Shown here: piece after piece, positions 13,546 to 27,149 of the stretch | How positions within the stretch are numbered: position 1 is the first letter of the stretch | Layout of the letters: the number at the start of each line of letters is the position of its first letter | From: Camelus ferus | Lineage: Eukaryota | Length of the DNA: 64,000 bases | Assembly (NCBI RefSeq): GCF_009834535.1 | Contig: NC_045707.1 | Span: 58,592,001 to 58,656,000, forward strand | Direction: 5' to 3' | Made by a program: the position numbers and the translations under genes | Notes under the pieces: generated by a model | The model's input: the letters and a program-made list of their open reading frames with translations, nothing else | Database searches by the model: none | Told to the model about the DNA's origin: nothing

Positions 13546-15179
13546 CAGCAAGAAGGAAATCACTTATTTCTCACTTTAGAAGTCAAAATGCATCTTAAGA
13601 ATCTCAACCAAATATCTCTCCCTCATCACTCTGCTACAATAAAAACCCACATATCCTCACATACAAGTGTATCGGGGGAGAAGGAAAGAGAAAATGTTAA
13701 TTTCCTAGCAACTAAAATATAGGATGTCACACTGTAATTAGAAATATTTCTATTAGTATGACTCATCATTACAAGGAATCATCTTTTTTATTCCCAAGGC
13801 AAATCATGTACTAGAATCTATTGCTTCAAGAGAAAATTTCACGTGTGTATCTTTAAATAGCAAGATAGGTAATTTCTTTTACACTTGTTCTTTGTAAGTA
13901 AAATTTAATAAGATAAAAAATTATTATGTATGTGGACTTAGATATATAGATACATACATTTCTTATTCTTATCTGTCTATTTATCCTTCCTTCCTTCTAT
14001 CCATCCATTCAAGTCTATCATCATTGGCTTTTGTTAAGGGAATAGTGATATGTTGAAAGACCCTGTAACTAATTTGAATTTATAGTAACAAGAGCAAACA
14101 AATAATAGGATTATTGAGGTGTGGGGCAATAAGTTAATACATATTCAGTGCAAATTAGGAGCCAATAATATGTGTTGCACAAGCAACTATGATCCTAATC
14201 CTCTCCAAGACTCATATTCTAATTGTCTCATTGCTAAGTGAAAGGTTTCACAGAACTTCCTGTGCAGATTAGCATAAGTAACATAAACCTTTTTGCTTTT
14301 TGTAAGTACCTGCTCCCATTACTAAGGGAATAGACACATCGTTTTAGATAGAAACATGTAATCGATGACTCTGTTAAAAGAATGATTGTGGGACACAAAG
14401 TCCTGGAAAAGGGAGCAACTGGAAGTAAAATGACCACATGGCATAAAAATTAGCCTTGCAAATGGAACTAATAAAAAGCTAGGCTTTTTAAGTCCATCAA
14501 GCCATGATATTAGTGAATGATGGCTGTGAGTGAATGAATATAAATTGCTTCTCAAGTGAAGGACATCTATCTGAAATAGCTGAAAGTCATTTGTCTGAAA
14601 GAAGGGAATTAATCTGGAGAATGAAACAGATGTTTCTCCCCAGTGCAGTGAAGTGTGGCACCGTGAGAACCTGGGGACTGAAATGTATCCATTTCAAATG
14701 TCTTAATTTCCACCATCTATGGAAAACAATGGTGTTAAAACTCTGACCTCTGACTACTCACACTTGAAATGAAAGGGATGTGTATGTGTCTGGTTTTTTC
14801 TATGGGGCTCTTACAGGCCTTTTGACACTAGTTTTATCTAATTTTAGGTGGATTCCAGGCTAGATCTAAACAAGTCTCTGAGACTCCCAAGAAACTTGCT
14901 CCTTCTTATGTGATTTGGAAAGGAAAAGAGGGAGGTGAATAAGTCACGGTTTGAAAACACTCTTTGACTTTCTGGGTTTGCATCCTCAAAACATGTCTAC
15001 TGGCAAAAAAAAAAAAAAAAAAAAAAAGGTCCACTGGCAAGTTTGGAACAGAATGAATGTAAACCAGATAGGGAGTCATGAAAAGGGTTCAAGAGATGGA
15101 AAGGTGTATTTTATTAGGATCTGGTGCTGCAACTAGTTAGGTGCTAGTCATCCAGGCTGAAGGCAGGAGACTAGAATGG

Positions 15180-15430
15180 AAGGCAGAATAGCACAGCGAC
15201 GGAAAGAGTGGACTCCGGGCGGAAAGACTCTTCCCACCACCCCCAGCACTTTTTTTTTTTCAACTTGTGTAACTGTGTGATTATCTAAGCTTTAAAAATG
15301 TTTTCTCATTGGTGAACCAAGGGTAATTGTATCTTCTACACCGTGTGATTGAGAGGATTAGAAAGCATTTACAAATGAAGGACTTAATATCTGGCACACA
15401 ATAAGCACTCGATAAACATCAGCTATTATA
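15180..15430 (+). mobile_element. MIR SINE (near full length, decayed)
   Basis: aggcagaatagcacag head; gagaggatta...tggcacacaataagcactcgataaacatcagctattat tail. Confidence 0.75.
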
Positions 15431-15529
15431 CAAATATCTCAAATCATATTTACATTCTCCAGTTATGCTATTTAGTGTATCTGTGAGAACTTGAGCAGAG
15501 CTCTTGAAATCAAGTAACAGCTAAGAATT

Positions 15530-15842
15530 ACCAGAAGCTAACTAAGCACTTAACCCACTTGATCTAACTCCTTCCATGGTAGGTACTGCAATCACCTCCA
15601 TTTTATAGATGAGAAAAGCAAACCATACACACATTAAATAGCTTGTGAAAGACCACACAGCAAGTAGAATGGCAGAGTCCAAATTTAAATCCAAGAAGAT
15701 GGTTGCAGAACCATTAAACAGACTTGAGCTTCCTAATTTTAGAGGTGGCAAATAGCATTCAGAAAGGTAGAGTCGCTTCCAAAAGTCAGAACGGTAGATA
15801 GTGGCAAATCAGATTAGACTTGGCTTTTTGGTCTCCAGCCTA
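15530..15842 (-). mobile_element. Two adjacent MIR remnants, reverse orientation
   Basis: ggtaggtactgc...ccattttatagatgagaaaa...accacacagcaagtagaatggcagag; a second, more decayed copy from ~15730. Confidence 0.7.
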
Positions 15843-16246
15843 GTCAACTTTTTATTCAGTTAGCTTTGTTTTTTTAACACCATTAACTGCACTAAGAATT
15901 AGTGGAATTTGTTGCAGCCGTCCCAGAAGTCTAAGTCTGAGAGAGAACTACTTTCAGAGTTTGAGGATCAAGATTTTTCAAATCTGGCTTAGGGATTTAA
16001 GACTCAGAATTTTTTGGTTTTCATACAGACAAAAAATGGGCCTCTCCCTCCTCCTCTGTGTACTTTCAAAGACGTGGAAAAGTTCTAATTACATCTCCTA
16101 AATATCTCTCATTCACTGGATCTTTATTTGAAGGTGTACCATTAGTGATTCATTCATTTGGGTTGGTTATCTCCTTTCTTTACCTTTTTTGGGGTGGGGG
16201 GTGGGAGGGAGAAAGGGGGAAGCAGAATCTCTCTGAGTGATGCTAT

Positions 16247-16295
16247 AAGATAAAAGACCCTTCTAAAAAAAAAAAAAAAGATAAAAGACCCTTCT
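16247..16295 (+). mobile_element. Poly(A)-only retroposition footprint with 18-bp TSD
   Basis: aagataaaagacccttct (16247-16264) + A13 + aagataaaagacccttct (16278-16295). Confidence 0.75.
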
Positions 16296-19200
16296 TTCAA
16301 GGATAGGAAAAAACTGTTAGCTAGAAAGCCACACAGGGTCTGAAACAGAAGATGAAGAATCGAAGTTGAAATGGAACAAAAGAAAATGAAGTCTTATTTA
16401 CAGCCTTGCCCGAGGTTCATCCTTGTAAGAGTTATGGTAACACGTGCTTTCCCGGCTCTGTGAGGACGCAATGGGAGTAAAGGAAGTCAGCCTAAATGAA
16501 AACAATATATGTCCTTAGAAAAGGGTTCAAAATCCAGATTACACCCTTTTTTTCTCCTTAAAAGTCAATTTGGCATGGCTACTTTCAGAAAAGAAGTGGC
16601 TTTTAAATCATAGATCTGAATTCTAAAATCCAATAAAAATTCTGGTGCTCAGATGTTCCAGATACATTTTTTATAAGTTTCAAATCCATTTTTCATAAAG
16701 TCTAAAATGGGGGAAAAGTCTGTCATGTGTAGAATGTCTCCATTCTAAAAATATTTTCTAGTATTTTGGGCTTTTCACCGTATTGCATGCTACACAATCT
16801 TATAGAAAATCTCTGGACGAATAAGGGAAATGGAACAGAGAATTCTTGTGAAAAACAGCACAGTAAATATAAAAGTTACAGGATACCAATATGGTGTGAA
16901 AAAATTATCTCCAATTGTAAAGGGGTAAGCTGTTATTGTCTATGTGGTCATTTTTTTCTTTTTCTAAAGATAATAGCTCTTTCCCAATGTAATCTTGCTA
17001 TCTCACTGAAAGAAATGCGGAAATAACGAAACACAACATGTTCTTTAAATAATACTAATGGGAAGAACTGGGGGAAAAGAGAAAGTAAAATGTAGCTGGT
17101 GCCTTACAAAAGCAGAACACACATGTTGTGGCAGGCTGTCTTGGGGGAATCAAAATTAGATACTCTCACATATCCAGGAGATTCTTGGTGGTTTGTGGGA
17201 AGTTACTTTTTTGTTCACTTCCAAGTATGTCTTCGTGTCTACCCTCCCAGGAAAAGAAAAAACCCACTAGAACAGTGAGAAAGCTATTTGAAGGGCTCCT
17301 ACTAATCTTTTATGAAGTCTCGTCTGCTCTCTCCATTAGACCCTAAAAATAACACGCGGTGATACATGAATATGCAATGAAATATTAATGCAGTTCACCC
17401 AACTTGGGGGGAAGGTTCTCACTGTTACAACTGGGAAATTACCAAAATGAATGTGGATTTATGAAATCCTGCAGGAGTTGAATCCCAGGTGCTTGTCAGC
17501 TATTGAGATTGAGTGATAGAAATAACAACTAAAGGAGAAAGTGGAGGTGTTGCTCTCTGGACCGAACCTGCGGCATGCTGATGGGAGAATTATGCCAGCA
17601 CTCCCCGCCAGCTGCTGCTATGACCTCCTTATTATCCCCACTGTTATGCTCAATGACTTTTAAAAAGCTATTTTGGGCGCAGTTCCTGGGCTCCATCCAA
17701 TATATATATATTTTTTTATTTTTCACTGCTATATTGCCGCTTGAATGGGCTTAGAGAGTTATGTAAAACAAGCCAGATGGCAGTTGCTTGAGGTTTGAGA
17801 TACCTTGTGCTGTCAGGGGATGTAGAAACAAAGAAACAATAATAATAATAATTAAAAAAAATCTAAAACCAAATGTAAATAAAATAATGTTTAGAAGAGG
17901 TGACTCTATTCCTTGTATCTAATTAGCAGAACGCTCCTAACGTTACACGTAGAGAAGGCAAATGTTAAGTCAACTTTTAAATGAGACCAGATTAGATGAT
18001 CTTTTAAGGAGGGAAACAATAATAATATTTATATTCACCATCTCCAAGAATTGGTGTGTCATCACAGCTAAAGAGAGCGTGTTAAGTATTTTAACGTCAC
18101 TACTTTTATCTTTTGCGAGAACTGAGAAAACATGAAATTGACATTCACTAATTATTCACTTGCAATGAAAATGAATCTCGGGCCTTAACTGTCTACTTAG
18201 AAGATGACAAATTACAATTTCAGGAGGAAGTCTATCCCACAGACAGTGTGTGGTGCGGGAAACCAAGGGGGTGGAAGTCCACTTTCTGCTTCACTTATCA
18301 GACATTTCATCTCTGGGCGATCAGCCTCTCAGACAATTTTACTAGCCGAAATGGACTTGGGGAATAAAATTACTTCCTTTCTCTCACAGAAAGAAATCTA
18401 AAAGTTCAATTTCTTTTCTAGACCTGGGGAGAGTAAGAAATGAGAGGGTACGTGACTAAAAAACATATATATCATCCTAAGTTAGGGGAAAATGAACACA
18501 ATCAATTTCAATATTCCCGCTCTCTGCTCTAGGAAAGAAAGTGCCATGCTCTGCGGGATTAGAATCAAAGGCTTCTGCACTCTCCACTGTACTGGAAAAA
18601 CACTTTTTTACAACGTAATGGTTTCTATGCAACAAATATAAATAAAATGCAAACCAACTGTAGGTATCACACATGTAAGGTGAAAACAACACCAGGGAGT
18701 TTGAATGGGCAGAACTGACAACGTGAGGAATTGTATTTCTTCTCATGTCATTTATAAGTATTTTATACTTGATGTGTAAAATCCAGGGGATACTAGAAAA
18801 TTACAGGTAAAGCAAGAAAAGAATAATTTTAGAAGGTGTGTATATCTGGGGATCCTTGAGCCTCAAGAAAATCCTGTAGTTTTAAGGAAATGATTGCAAG
18901 GAGCTTGTTGAACGAAAGAAAGAAGGTATGTAAAATGCTATAATAGCAAAATGAACTCTTTGAGGGCTGAAATATTAGAAAATAAAACTTAATTCTTGAC
19001 ATGTTGTGGGGTTGCACCTAAATTTTTGTCTGCCAAGAATTTCAGATTTTTAAGAACACACCTCAGATTTTCTAATAGAAATTAATGGAAATGTAGGATG
19101 TACTTTATAGAAAAAAACATGTATAGGTTACTTTGCTATAAAATATCTATTAAATGATAAATTGCTTGGTTAGGCGGAACCAGTATGTAATTACAGGTAT

Positions 19201-21416
19201 TTTCAAACCATTTCTTTATATACTACTTTCCTACATTTTTAGTTCACACTGCTGAAAGATAGCTGGTACTATGATGATTTATAATAAATCATATTTATAG
19301 CCAATTGATTGGCTATAAATCATCACAGAATTTTTTGAGTGGGTTATTTATATTTTTACATACATGGTCTTTTATCTCCAATATTGGTGACAGCTGCTTT
19401 AAGAATCAGATCACTCCTTCCGTAGTGCAAGCCTGCACAACGAGATGTAGCCTGTCTACTTGCTGTCTGGGTATTTGGAAGAAACCTAACACAGAAGGGA
19501 TATTGGAAAGTTGGGGTGGTTATTTTGTGAAATAGCACATGAGAATCACTCCAGCGTGCCTCTGACCTCAAAATTCCCTGAGGTAGGTGGGGACTTTACC
19601 ATACTCAACAGAGTGCCAAGAAAAATGGTCTGGATAAATTGAAATGCAAGTGGACAGGTGAAGTGTAAATGAAGTGGCATCTAATTTCATTTTAATAGTC
19701 CCTCAGAACCTAGTTATTTGTCATTCAGATGGGTGACTCTTTCTAAGCACTGGTGATTGACTTCTTGGGAGCACAGGTAATTGGCAAATCACTGACTCTA
19801 GAAAGGGTGTCTGAAGTCCGCTCCAGCCACCCACCCACAGACATGTCCCTCTGCTTGCTCTGGGCCGGTAAGTCAGAAGGTTTTCTAAAAATGAACTGTA
19901 ACACTCTTGAGGATCAGTAACTAGAGTCCAGAATGCCAGTTCACAGTGGACAGGACCAGGCTCTCCATAGCTCTGTTTTGCTGGGTGACATTTTTGTTTG
20001 CTAGTGAAGATGTTCTTGCTGTAAGAACAGAGCTCATGCAATTTATGAGACAAAAGAAGACACATTCTGAAATGGGAGACTTTTCAGAGAAAATATTTAA
20101 CCTTTACTAAAGAGAAGTATTTAGTTTATAACGTCTTAGTAGTTTCACAGTAAATCTGAAATAGCTGTGCATGTTAAGAAAGATGATATTTGGAACCCTT
20201 GGGGTGCAAATGACATTTCTACTCCTATACTTCTATGCATGCAGAGTATAATTATTTTACTAGGAAAAAAAAAGCTGAAACATCGATTTTTAAACTCTTA
20301 TCTATTTTGGCCAATTTAAACCTGAATTTTGGATATCATCTCTTAGATACAGGGTTTAGGGTGTCACTGGGTTGTGTCTGTTGAGCTAGAAGACACATTC
20401 AAGACAAACATCTCAAGATGATGACATCAATGGCAAAAATCCTTGTAACCTCAAACTAATCTCTTCTCACTATAATCTGTCTAAATGGTGGGCTGACTTG
20501 CAAATGGCATCACCAGTTTCTGGCTGTGTGACCAAATTTAAACCCAAGATTCTCATGCCAGATACTGGCTCAACCTATTTATTTAACACATTACTCCATT
20601 CAGCCCTGGAAAGGTTAAATGAGTTACCTAATGTTATGTAAGTAGGAAAAGTATAAATCTCATCTGGAGTTCTACTGTTAAGGGACTGAGTTTATACCCA
20701 GCCATCCAGTTAAACAGGTAAAATGATGACATGATAATCTAAAATGTTTAGGCTGCATCTAAAAGGAAGGGAAAGCAAGTGAATTTTGAACTCACAACCA
20801 AGACCCCTGAGTTTCCTGCCATATGAACTGTAATACTAATAATGAATGACAGGATTAACGTCCCCTTTTGTTCATGAATTAAATAATAATTTATTGGCCA
20901 TTTTCTAGCAACATAACCACGGTAGGGGAAAATGAGTGATCCATGTAGGCAAACTTGCAGAATGTTCCTCACTCCGGGAGGTTTGTTGCTTCTGATATTT
21001 TAGGAAGATGGCTAGAAAAATGGTGGCTGGAGGTGCCTGGTTCGGCCCTGCTGTGCGCTGCCGAGCGCACAGATGCGCTGGAAAAAAAACTGTGATTTGT
21101 GGATTGTGCTTGTGCTTCTTTTCAGGAGGTTTTAAAATGAAGTTGTTTACTATAATTATGCCCAGCAGGCACAGAACTTACCTTAGTGCTTGCTTGAAAA
21201 CTTGAGGAAGCATTGATTGACCCTTGAGAACAACACAGAAAAAAAATAGGAAGCACAGGTCTCAGCTAAACACACTATGTTCACCCATGGAACAAAAAAG
21301 ATCAGAGAAATAAACTTGAAGGACGATCTGTGTGATCAGAGGGCGGTGAAGGGAAGACTGGCTTATGTTTCTCTTCAAAGAGAGAGCCCAAGCCACGTGG
21401 GCCCTTTTCCCAGAGC

Positions 21417-21607
21417 AGAGCGGCTCAGCTTTGGCACTGTGCACCTTGTGGGCAGGGTACTTTGTCTGGGAGGCTGTCCTGTGTGTTGTAGGCTGGCAGC
21501 ATCGCGAGATGACAGAACCCCTCCCCACCAGCTGTGGCAACCAAAGTGGTCTCCTCATATTGTCAAAAGTTCCCCGGAGCTAAGATCACCTTTAATTTGA
21601 ACCACTG
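21417..21607 (-). mobile_element. MER20 (hAT-Charlie) DNA transposon
   Basis: ctcagctttggcactgtgcac...ggaggctgtcctgtgtgttgtagg...ccagctgtggcaaccaaa...gtctcc..atattgtcaaa...tgaaccactg = reverse complement of MER20 as recalled. Confidence 0.9.
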
Positions 21608-22599
21608 GTCAAGATGAACAGTTCCTCTTTATAGCAGGTAAATACCTTCCTATCCGCCGAATTAAGTGGGTTCACTAACGGCTGGTACACCCTACACAGC
21701 ACCACTCACTGCAGGAGAGACAGTTAGAAGCTACAAATACCATAACATCTAAGCCGGTCTGATTCTTCAGATAAAATGTGTATCCTCCTGGGGCAAAGAT
21801 TTTGTCTAGCTTGAATCCCTCATGCCCAGAATAGTGACATGCATGCCGCTGGTGCACAATAAATATTTGTGGTAACTTAGGCAATGGATCTGTGATTAAA
21901 TATTGGCTCAATTCTCGACTAAAGGAACATAACACATTTGGTTCTTATTCTGAATGAAGACCAGGTTATATCAGGAACTGACCTATGTCAGCTGAAGCTG
22001 TAACAATGTTTATTGTAGAAAATACGTCTTCAAACATGTTAGGCCTCTGAAAATGGAGAAACAGAGCTGATTTCTGACACAAGTAATGGATGGTTACTGA
22101 TGACATTACTAAGGGCAGTTTAGGCATAGTGACATGATGCAGTCTGCAGTTGGGTGGTAGATTAAAAGAAAATCTTTTCAGGAGAAATGCTAAAGGAAGG
22201 GTTAACATTTAGGTTTTTAAATGATAGATCAGACCTCCGCTTTCTATCTAAAAACTGTTACTCTGATATATAATTGCCTAAGAAACATTGGCCCACAAAT
22301 ATTGTGATACATATTGACCCAAGAAATAAAGACTTAGAATTACGTGGCTCATAATCTGAACCTGTTACCTATTACCATGTATGTAATTTGAGCCTATCTA
22401 CACACCTGTAACTCTCAGGCTTCACGCAGTGAGCTCCCCAATACGCATTTCTGACATTGAAAAAAATCTAGATAATGTATCCTTACGTGTGGTCTTCCAA
22501 CATATTGTTCACTTGGTGAACTACTCAGGTAGACCTTATGGAAGGAAGATTTTTAGGAAATCTCTAATTTTAGGAGTTGGGACAAACTAGTGAACGAGA

Positions 22600-23500
22600 G
22601 AGATGCAAAGGTCAGGAGAAAAACTGGTAACGAAGGGCAAAGCGTCCTGGTAATTACAGAAAGGGAGTTTAAAGAAGGAATCAACCACTAGTGCCAAACA
22701 TCACAGTGAGCTTAAGAAGGATGGAGAGCAGTAAGAGACTACCAGAATTAGAGCTCACTGGAAACTTGTAAAAGAACATATTTTGTGAAGTGGAAGCCAG
22801 ATTATAGGGGCTCAGTAAGAGTGAAGGGAAGCTGTGATTTTAAAACAGTGACTTTCAGAATTGTGCCATTTAAAGGACAAACAGCAACAACAACAAAAAC
22901 CAACAGCCTAGTAACAAGTCAAAGTAAGAAGCTGGAGAAAACTGTTGTTGGAATGTGAGAGTCCTAAGCATGTGTGTGGACCAAGAGACGGTGCCAGAAG
23001 AGAGAAAGATTTCAAAACTGGAAGCTAAAAAGGAGATGATGTACGGAGGATTGTTCCAGAGGAAGGGTGCAGGTGTGTGGAGGGGGAAGGGGCCAGTGAA
23101 CCTGCAGAAAGAAAAACAGGGAGCGTGGATGGAAAGAGGTTATAAGGAAGGGAGGACAGAATTGTAGGAATAAGAACTGAATGCCCTTGGTTTTTTAAGT
23201 AAAGTAAAAATCAAGGTCATCAGCTGAAAGAAGAGGTTACGGAGGGGCCCATTCCAGACGTCTGGAGCCTGGAGAAGGAAGAACTGCTGAGTGGCCGTGA
23301 GGACCCATTGGTGTCACATGAGGAGGGTCTAAAGTGGTTGGTCTTACACGCTTGGTGGCCTGGGGATGGGAGCGGAGAAATCAGATTGCGAGATCTGAGG
23401 AACGGTTTGAACAGAAATATTAGAAATCTAGGAAGGTATAAAGGTGGTATGGAGACTAATGAGAGCCCTAGAAGAAAAATAAAGACCGAGAAGATTGTAT
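22600..23500 (-). mobile_element. L2 LINE internal fragment
   Basis: Purine-rich stretch with L2 antisense hallmarks (tcaaccactagtgccaaac...aagaaggatggag...cactggaaacttg...gtggaagccagatt). Confidence 0.65.
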
Positions 23501-23969
23501 TTTGAGTACAGAGTAGCAATATATACTATGCAGATAGAGTCACACTCGAAAAAATCAGTGTGATGTGTATTCAATCATGTTTGTGTTGTAAGCACTTTAC
23601 TTTCTACTAACATAATTTATAAAGATCACTCTCTGAGATTTCTTTTCACTCTAGATTTCCATTATATGAATTATTTAGTTTTATTTGATATTTTAACTTA
23701 GTCCAAGAGAAAAGTGATCATAAATATTACAATTTCAAAATACACCACTTGTCCAAGTTTGTCTTGTATTATAGTCTCCCTGTTTCTGTAGATTATATAA
23801 ATCTGCCACCTATATAATTTAAATTTGAGCTTGAAATTGGAAAGTGGGTGCAAGGAATTCTTATTCTATAAAATTTTTAATTGTTTAATAATATTTAAAT
23901 AGAGTTATTAACATTTTCAGGGAGAAATAATGATTTGGTTATTTTAAGAAGTTTAGTGATGAAAGCAAA

Positions 23970-25460
23970 AAATGGCAGGGAATTTGGTAATATCTCCCCA
24001 AAATGTCTTTGGTAACCCTTGCCTCTGGCATCCCACCTCTAGGAATTTACCTGTAAGATACACCTTCAAAAATTTAAAACAATATAAACAAAGTTAGCAT
24101 TGTGGCATAATATTGGGGGAAAAGCCCCTTTAAATGCCAAATTATAGGAGATTGGTTGAGTAAATTCTGATGTATCCATAGAACGGAGTACTATAAAGCC
24201 ATAAAAAAGAACAAAATATATTTCTAGGGACTGATGTGGAGTGAGTTTCAGGATGTGTTGTTAAGTGAAACGCCTTAGTGATATTTAGTCGAGGGCCATA
24301 AAAGAATGGTCTAAAAAATCTTGACTCTGACTTAGCAAGTTTTTTAGTGTTGCTATTGGTGTCGTAATTCTGAAACTATGTGTATTGTAGGATAGAGCAA
24401 GTGAGAAGCATATGGATGGTGTTCTCAGAGTGGGAGGTGGGAGGTGCATGTAGAATGGAAAAAGTGAAGAAGGATCCTGTGGTGTTGGACTGAAAGGTGT
24501 CAGTCTGAACACATTATTTAAAAAAAAAAAATCTAGTTCTGTCTGCCAAAGGAGCCTAGAAGATGTGATCTTCCAGTAAAAATGAGTATATTTCGGGTTC
24601 TAAATACCATTACCCATCGGGGAGGGGAGGGGAAGAGGACCAGAATAGGAAGTTTCATGTCTAAGTCTGGGACAGGGAGGGTACTAGGTGGACCTAGAGC
24701 ACTTACTGTGTAAGGATGTAAGGACATTCCCCACGTCTGTTGGGACATGTAGGAAAGACACACAAGCTGGTTTTCAGAGGCTCTTACTGGCCAAAATTGG
24801 GACAGTATGAACAGTATGAAAAAAGAAAATGATGGTAATAAATTATAAAAAGTTGAATAGAAAAAGGAATCCATGAATCTAAGGTGATACTATTAAATAA
24901 AAGGAAAATAAACTTCTTGACAGTAGAAGGCCATCTCAAAATGTAGAACGAAATGGTAAAATTAGAAAATGACTTTTTTTTTTTTTTTTGTAGTAGTCAG
25001 TGTAGTAAGTCAATTAGGCAAGAATCCATAGGTGTTAAAAACACTGTGTAAAAGGTATCTGGGAATATTCATTGTAAAGGTTGATATGTACCTTCCAATG
25101 GAGTGGTCGAGGACATTTTTGGACAATTGGGGAAATTTACATTTAGAGCATTATATTTGATATTATTGTACCGATGTTCAGTTTTTAGGCATGTGATATT
25201 GGTACTGTGGTTATGTAGGAGAACATTCTTATTCTTAAGATACACACTGAAATATTTAGGGATGAACGTCTATAGCTTATTTTCACATAGTTCAGCCACA
25301 AAAGTGTCTGTCTGTCTGTCTATCTATCTATCTAGAGAAAGCAAATGTGGCAAAAAGTTACCATTTAGCATAAGCAAAGGGTATGTGTGTTCACTGTACT
25401 ATTCTTTCAACTTTTTTGGTGAGTTAAAAACTTTTTCCAAATGTAGAGTTTAAAAAAATA
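23970..25460 (+). mobile_element. Old L1 (L1MC4-like) ORF2 end and 3' UTR, fragmented
   Basis: catcccacctctaggaatttacc...ggagtactataaagccataaaaaagaa (ORF2 end); gaggctcttactggccaaaattgggaca and gtggttatgtaggagaac...ttcactgtactattctttcaacttt (L1MC-type 3' UTR). Confidence 0.8.
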
Positions 25461-27149
25461 TGAACTCATCAGCAGCCAAACCACCAAAAATGCATTGAGT
25501 AGAGCAGGTTGTAGAGTGGCAGAGTCTAGTAAAAAAAAAAAAAAAAAAGTATTCAGTACTAATTTAATAGTGATAAACAGTACGGAGTATTCAATTGCAT
25601 GAGTTAAGATCAAATACAGTAACTCATTTGAACTATAAAGTGTTTGTATTTTGATTGTCATCAGCAGCTTTGCCTCTCAGTCTGGAAAGCAGTAGATCTC
25701 TTGCACCCTCAGCCCTGAAAATCTGCAGACAGCGTTATCGTTTATGTTAATACCACCTTCTTCTCCAAATCAATTCTGTATTTTCCGAACTGAATTTAAG
25801 CAGTCTAAGGACAAACAATGTGCAAATAATCAAATGACAAACGGCTCCCATCACTCTCAAATTGAAACGATTTAAAATTCTGCACTAGTTTAACATAGTT
25901 GACTGTGGTGATGTTACCGTCTAGGTCTTTAGAAGCAATATTGGGTATTAATGTACATTTTTCTGGGGTCATTTAGATACATTCATGCCTGCTCTAAAGG
26001 GGTAAACCAAAGGGCCTTCTGCATAGGTTTTCTGCGAGAGAACTGTTCAGCGATCCCTCATACAAACGATGATAAAGAGGATGAAATTGTCTCTATTCTT
26101 GCCTTGGCTTCATAGAAGAAGAATAATTAAAGTAGCTATCTCATAAAGCTAATTTACCATGGAAATTCAAATGAAGAATTTTTGTGGCAACGGAGAATTT
26201 TATTGCCAAAGGAGTGCATGTCCAAATACAATGTCTCTAAAAATTTCTTTTAAACATTTTTTTTTTTAAAGAGATGTGAAATGAATTTGAAAGCTGTGCT
26301 TTTATGAAAAACTTGAGAAGGGTTCCTGCTAGAGGCAGCTCGATTGATCCTAACTTGGTCAGCAGCCAAATGAAAGCCTCTGGCTAAATCTGCCCAGGTA
26401 AACTTCCAGACAAACGGACACTAAATGCACGTGAAGCCAAAGCCTGCACTGCATTATTACTACACTGATGAACATCCCGTGAAGGATAAAGCCCAGAACC
26501 ACCAATAAAATCACGGCAGAAAATATCCATTACTTTCCTATGATCAGCCAGCCCTATGTCACAGATGGTACTTTCCACTGTGTTTCTATTAGGACCAAAA
26601 TTGAATACAGTGTAAGGCCCATTATTTCATGGTTCCTTATTGCATTAATTTCGATAGAAGACAGGCTAAATCATGTTTCCCCGAGCATAACACATATAGA
26701 AAACAAGCTGGATGTAACTCCATTAGCTGAGAATCAGACAGCAAATCAAATCCCTCCTCTGTGATTTTTGAAGATACAATAAAATGCTTTTCATAAACGC
26801 TTATTGAAACTTGGGTGAACAGTCACTAGAAAGCAAAATATATTCCTAAAAGGCGATGGACAGTACTTGTAAAAGGCACCAAACTAACCACTGGATGGCA
26901 CTGGGACTACATTAGAATGTGACGGTGAGACCACGTATCTGTCTCTCAAAATTCCCACATCGGTCGTTAGCAGCAAAGTCCAACAGGATGATGCCAATTC
27001 CTGTTCCTAATTATAAGGTGTTGAAAGAATAGAATTTTTCAACATCCCAGAGTGACTTGGCAATGCCATTCCAGAGGACTGCAGGTGATTAAATTATGCC
27101 ACCTCCTGTACTGTCAACAGTTCCCTAGAGCTTCTCTCTCAAATGATTG

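Noticed and set aside
15180..15842. Inverted MIR pair as a dsRNA-forming structure
   Set aside because: Copies are too diverged to pair stably, and the arrangement is common.
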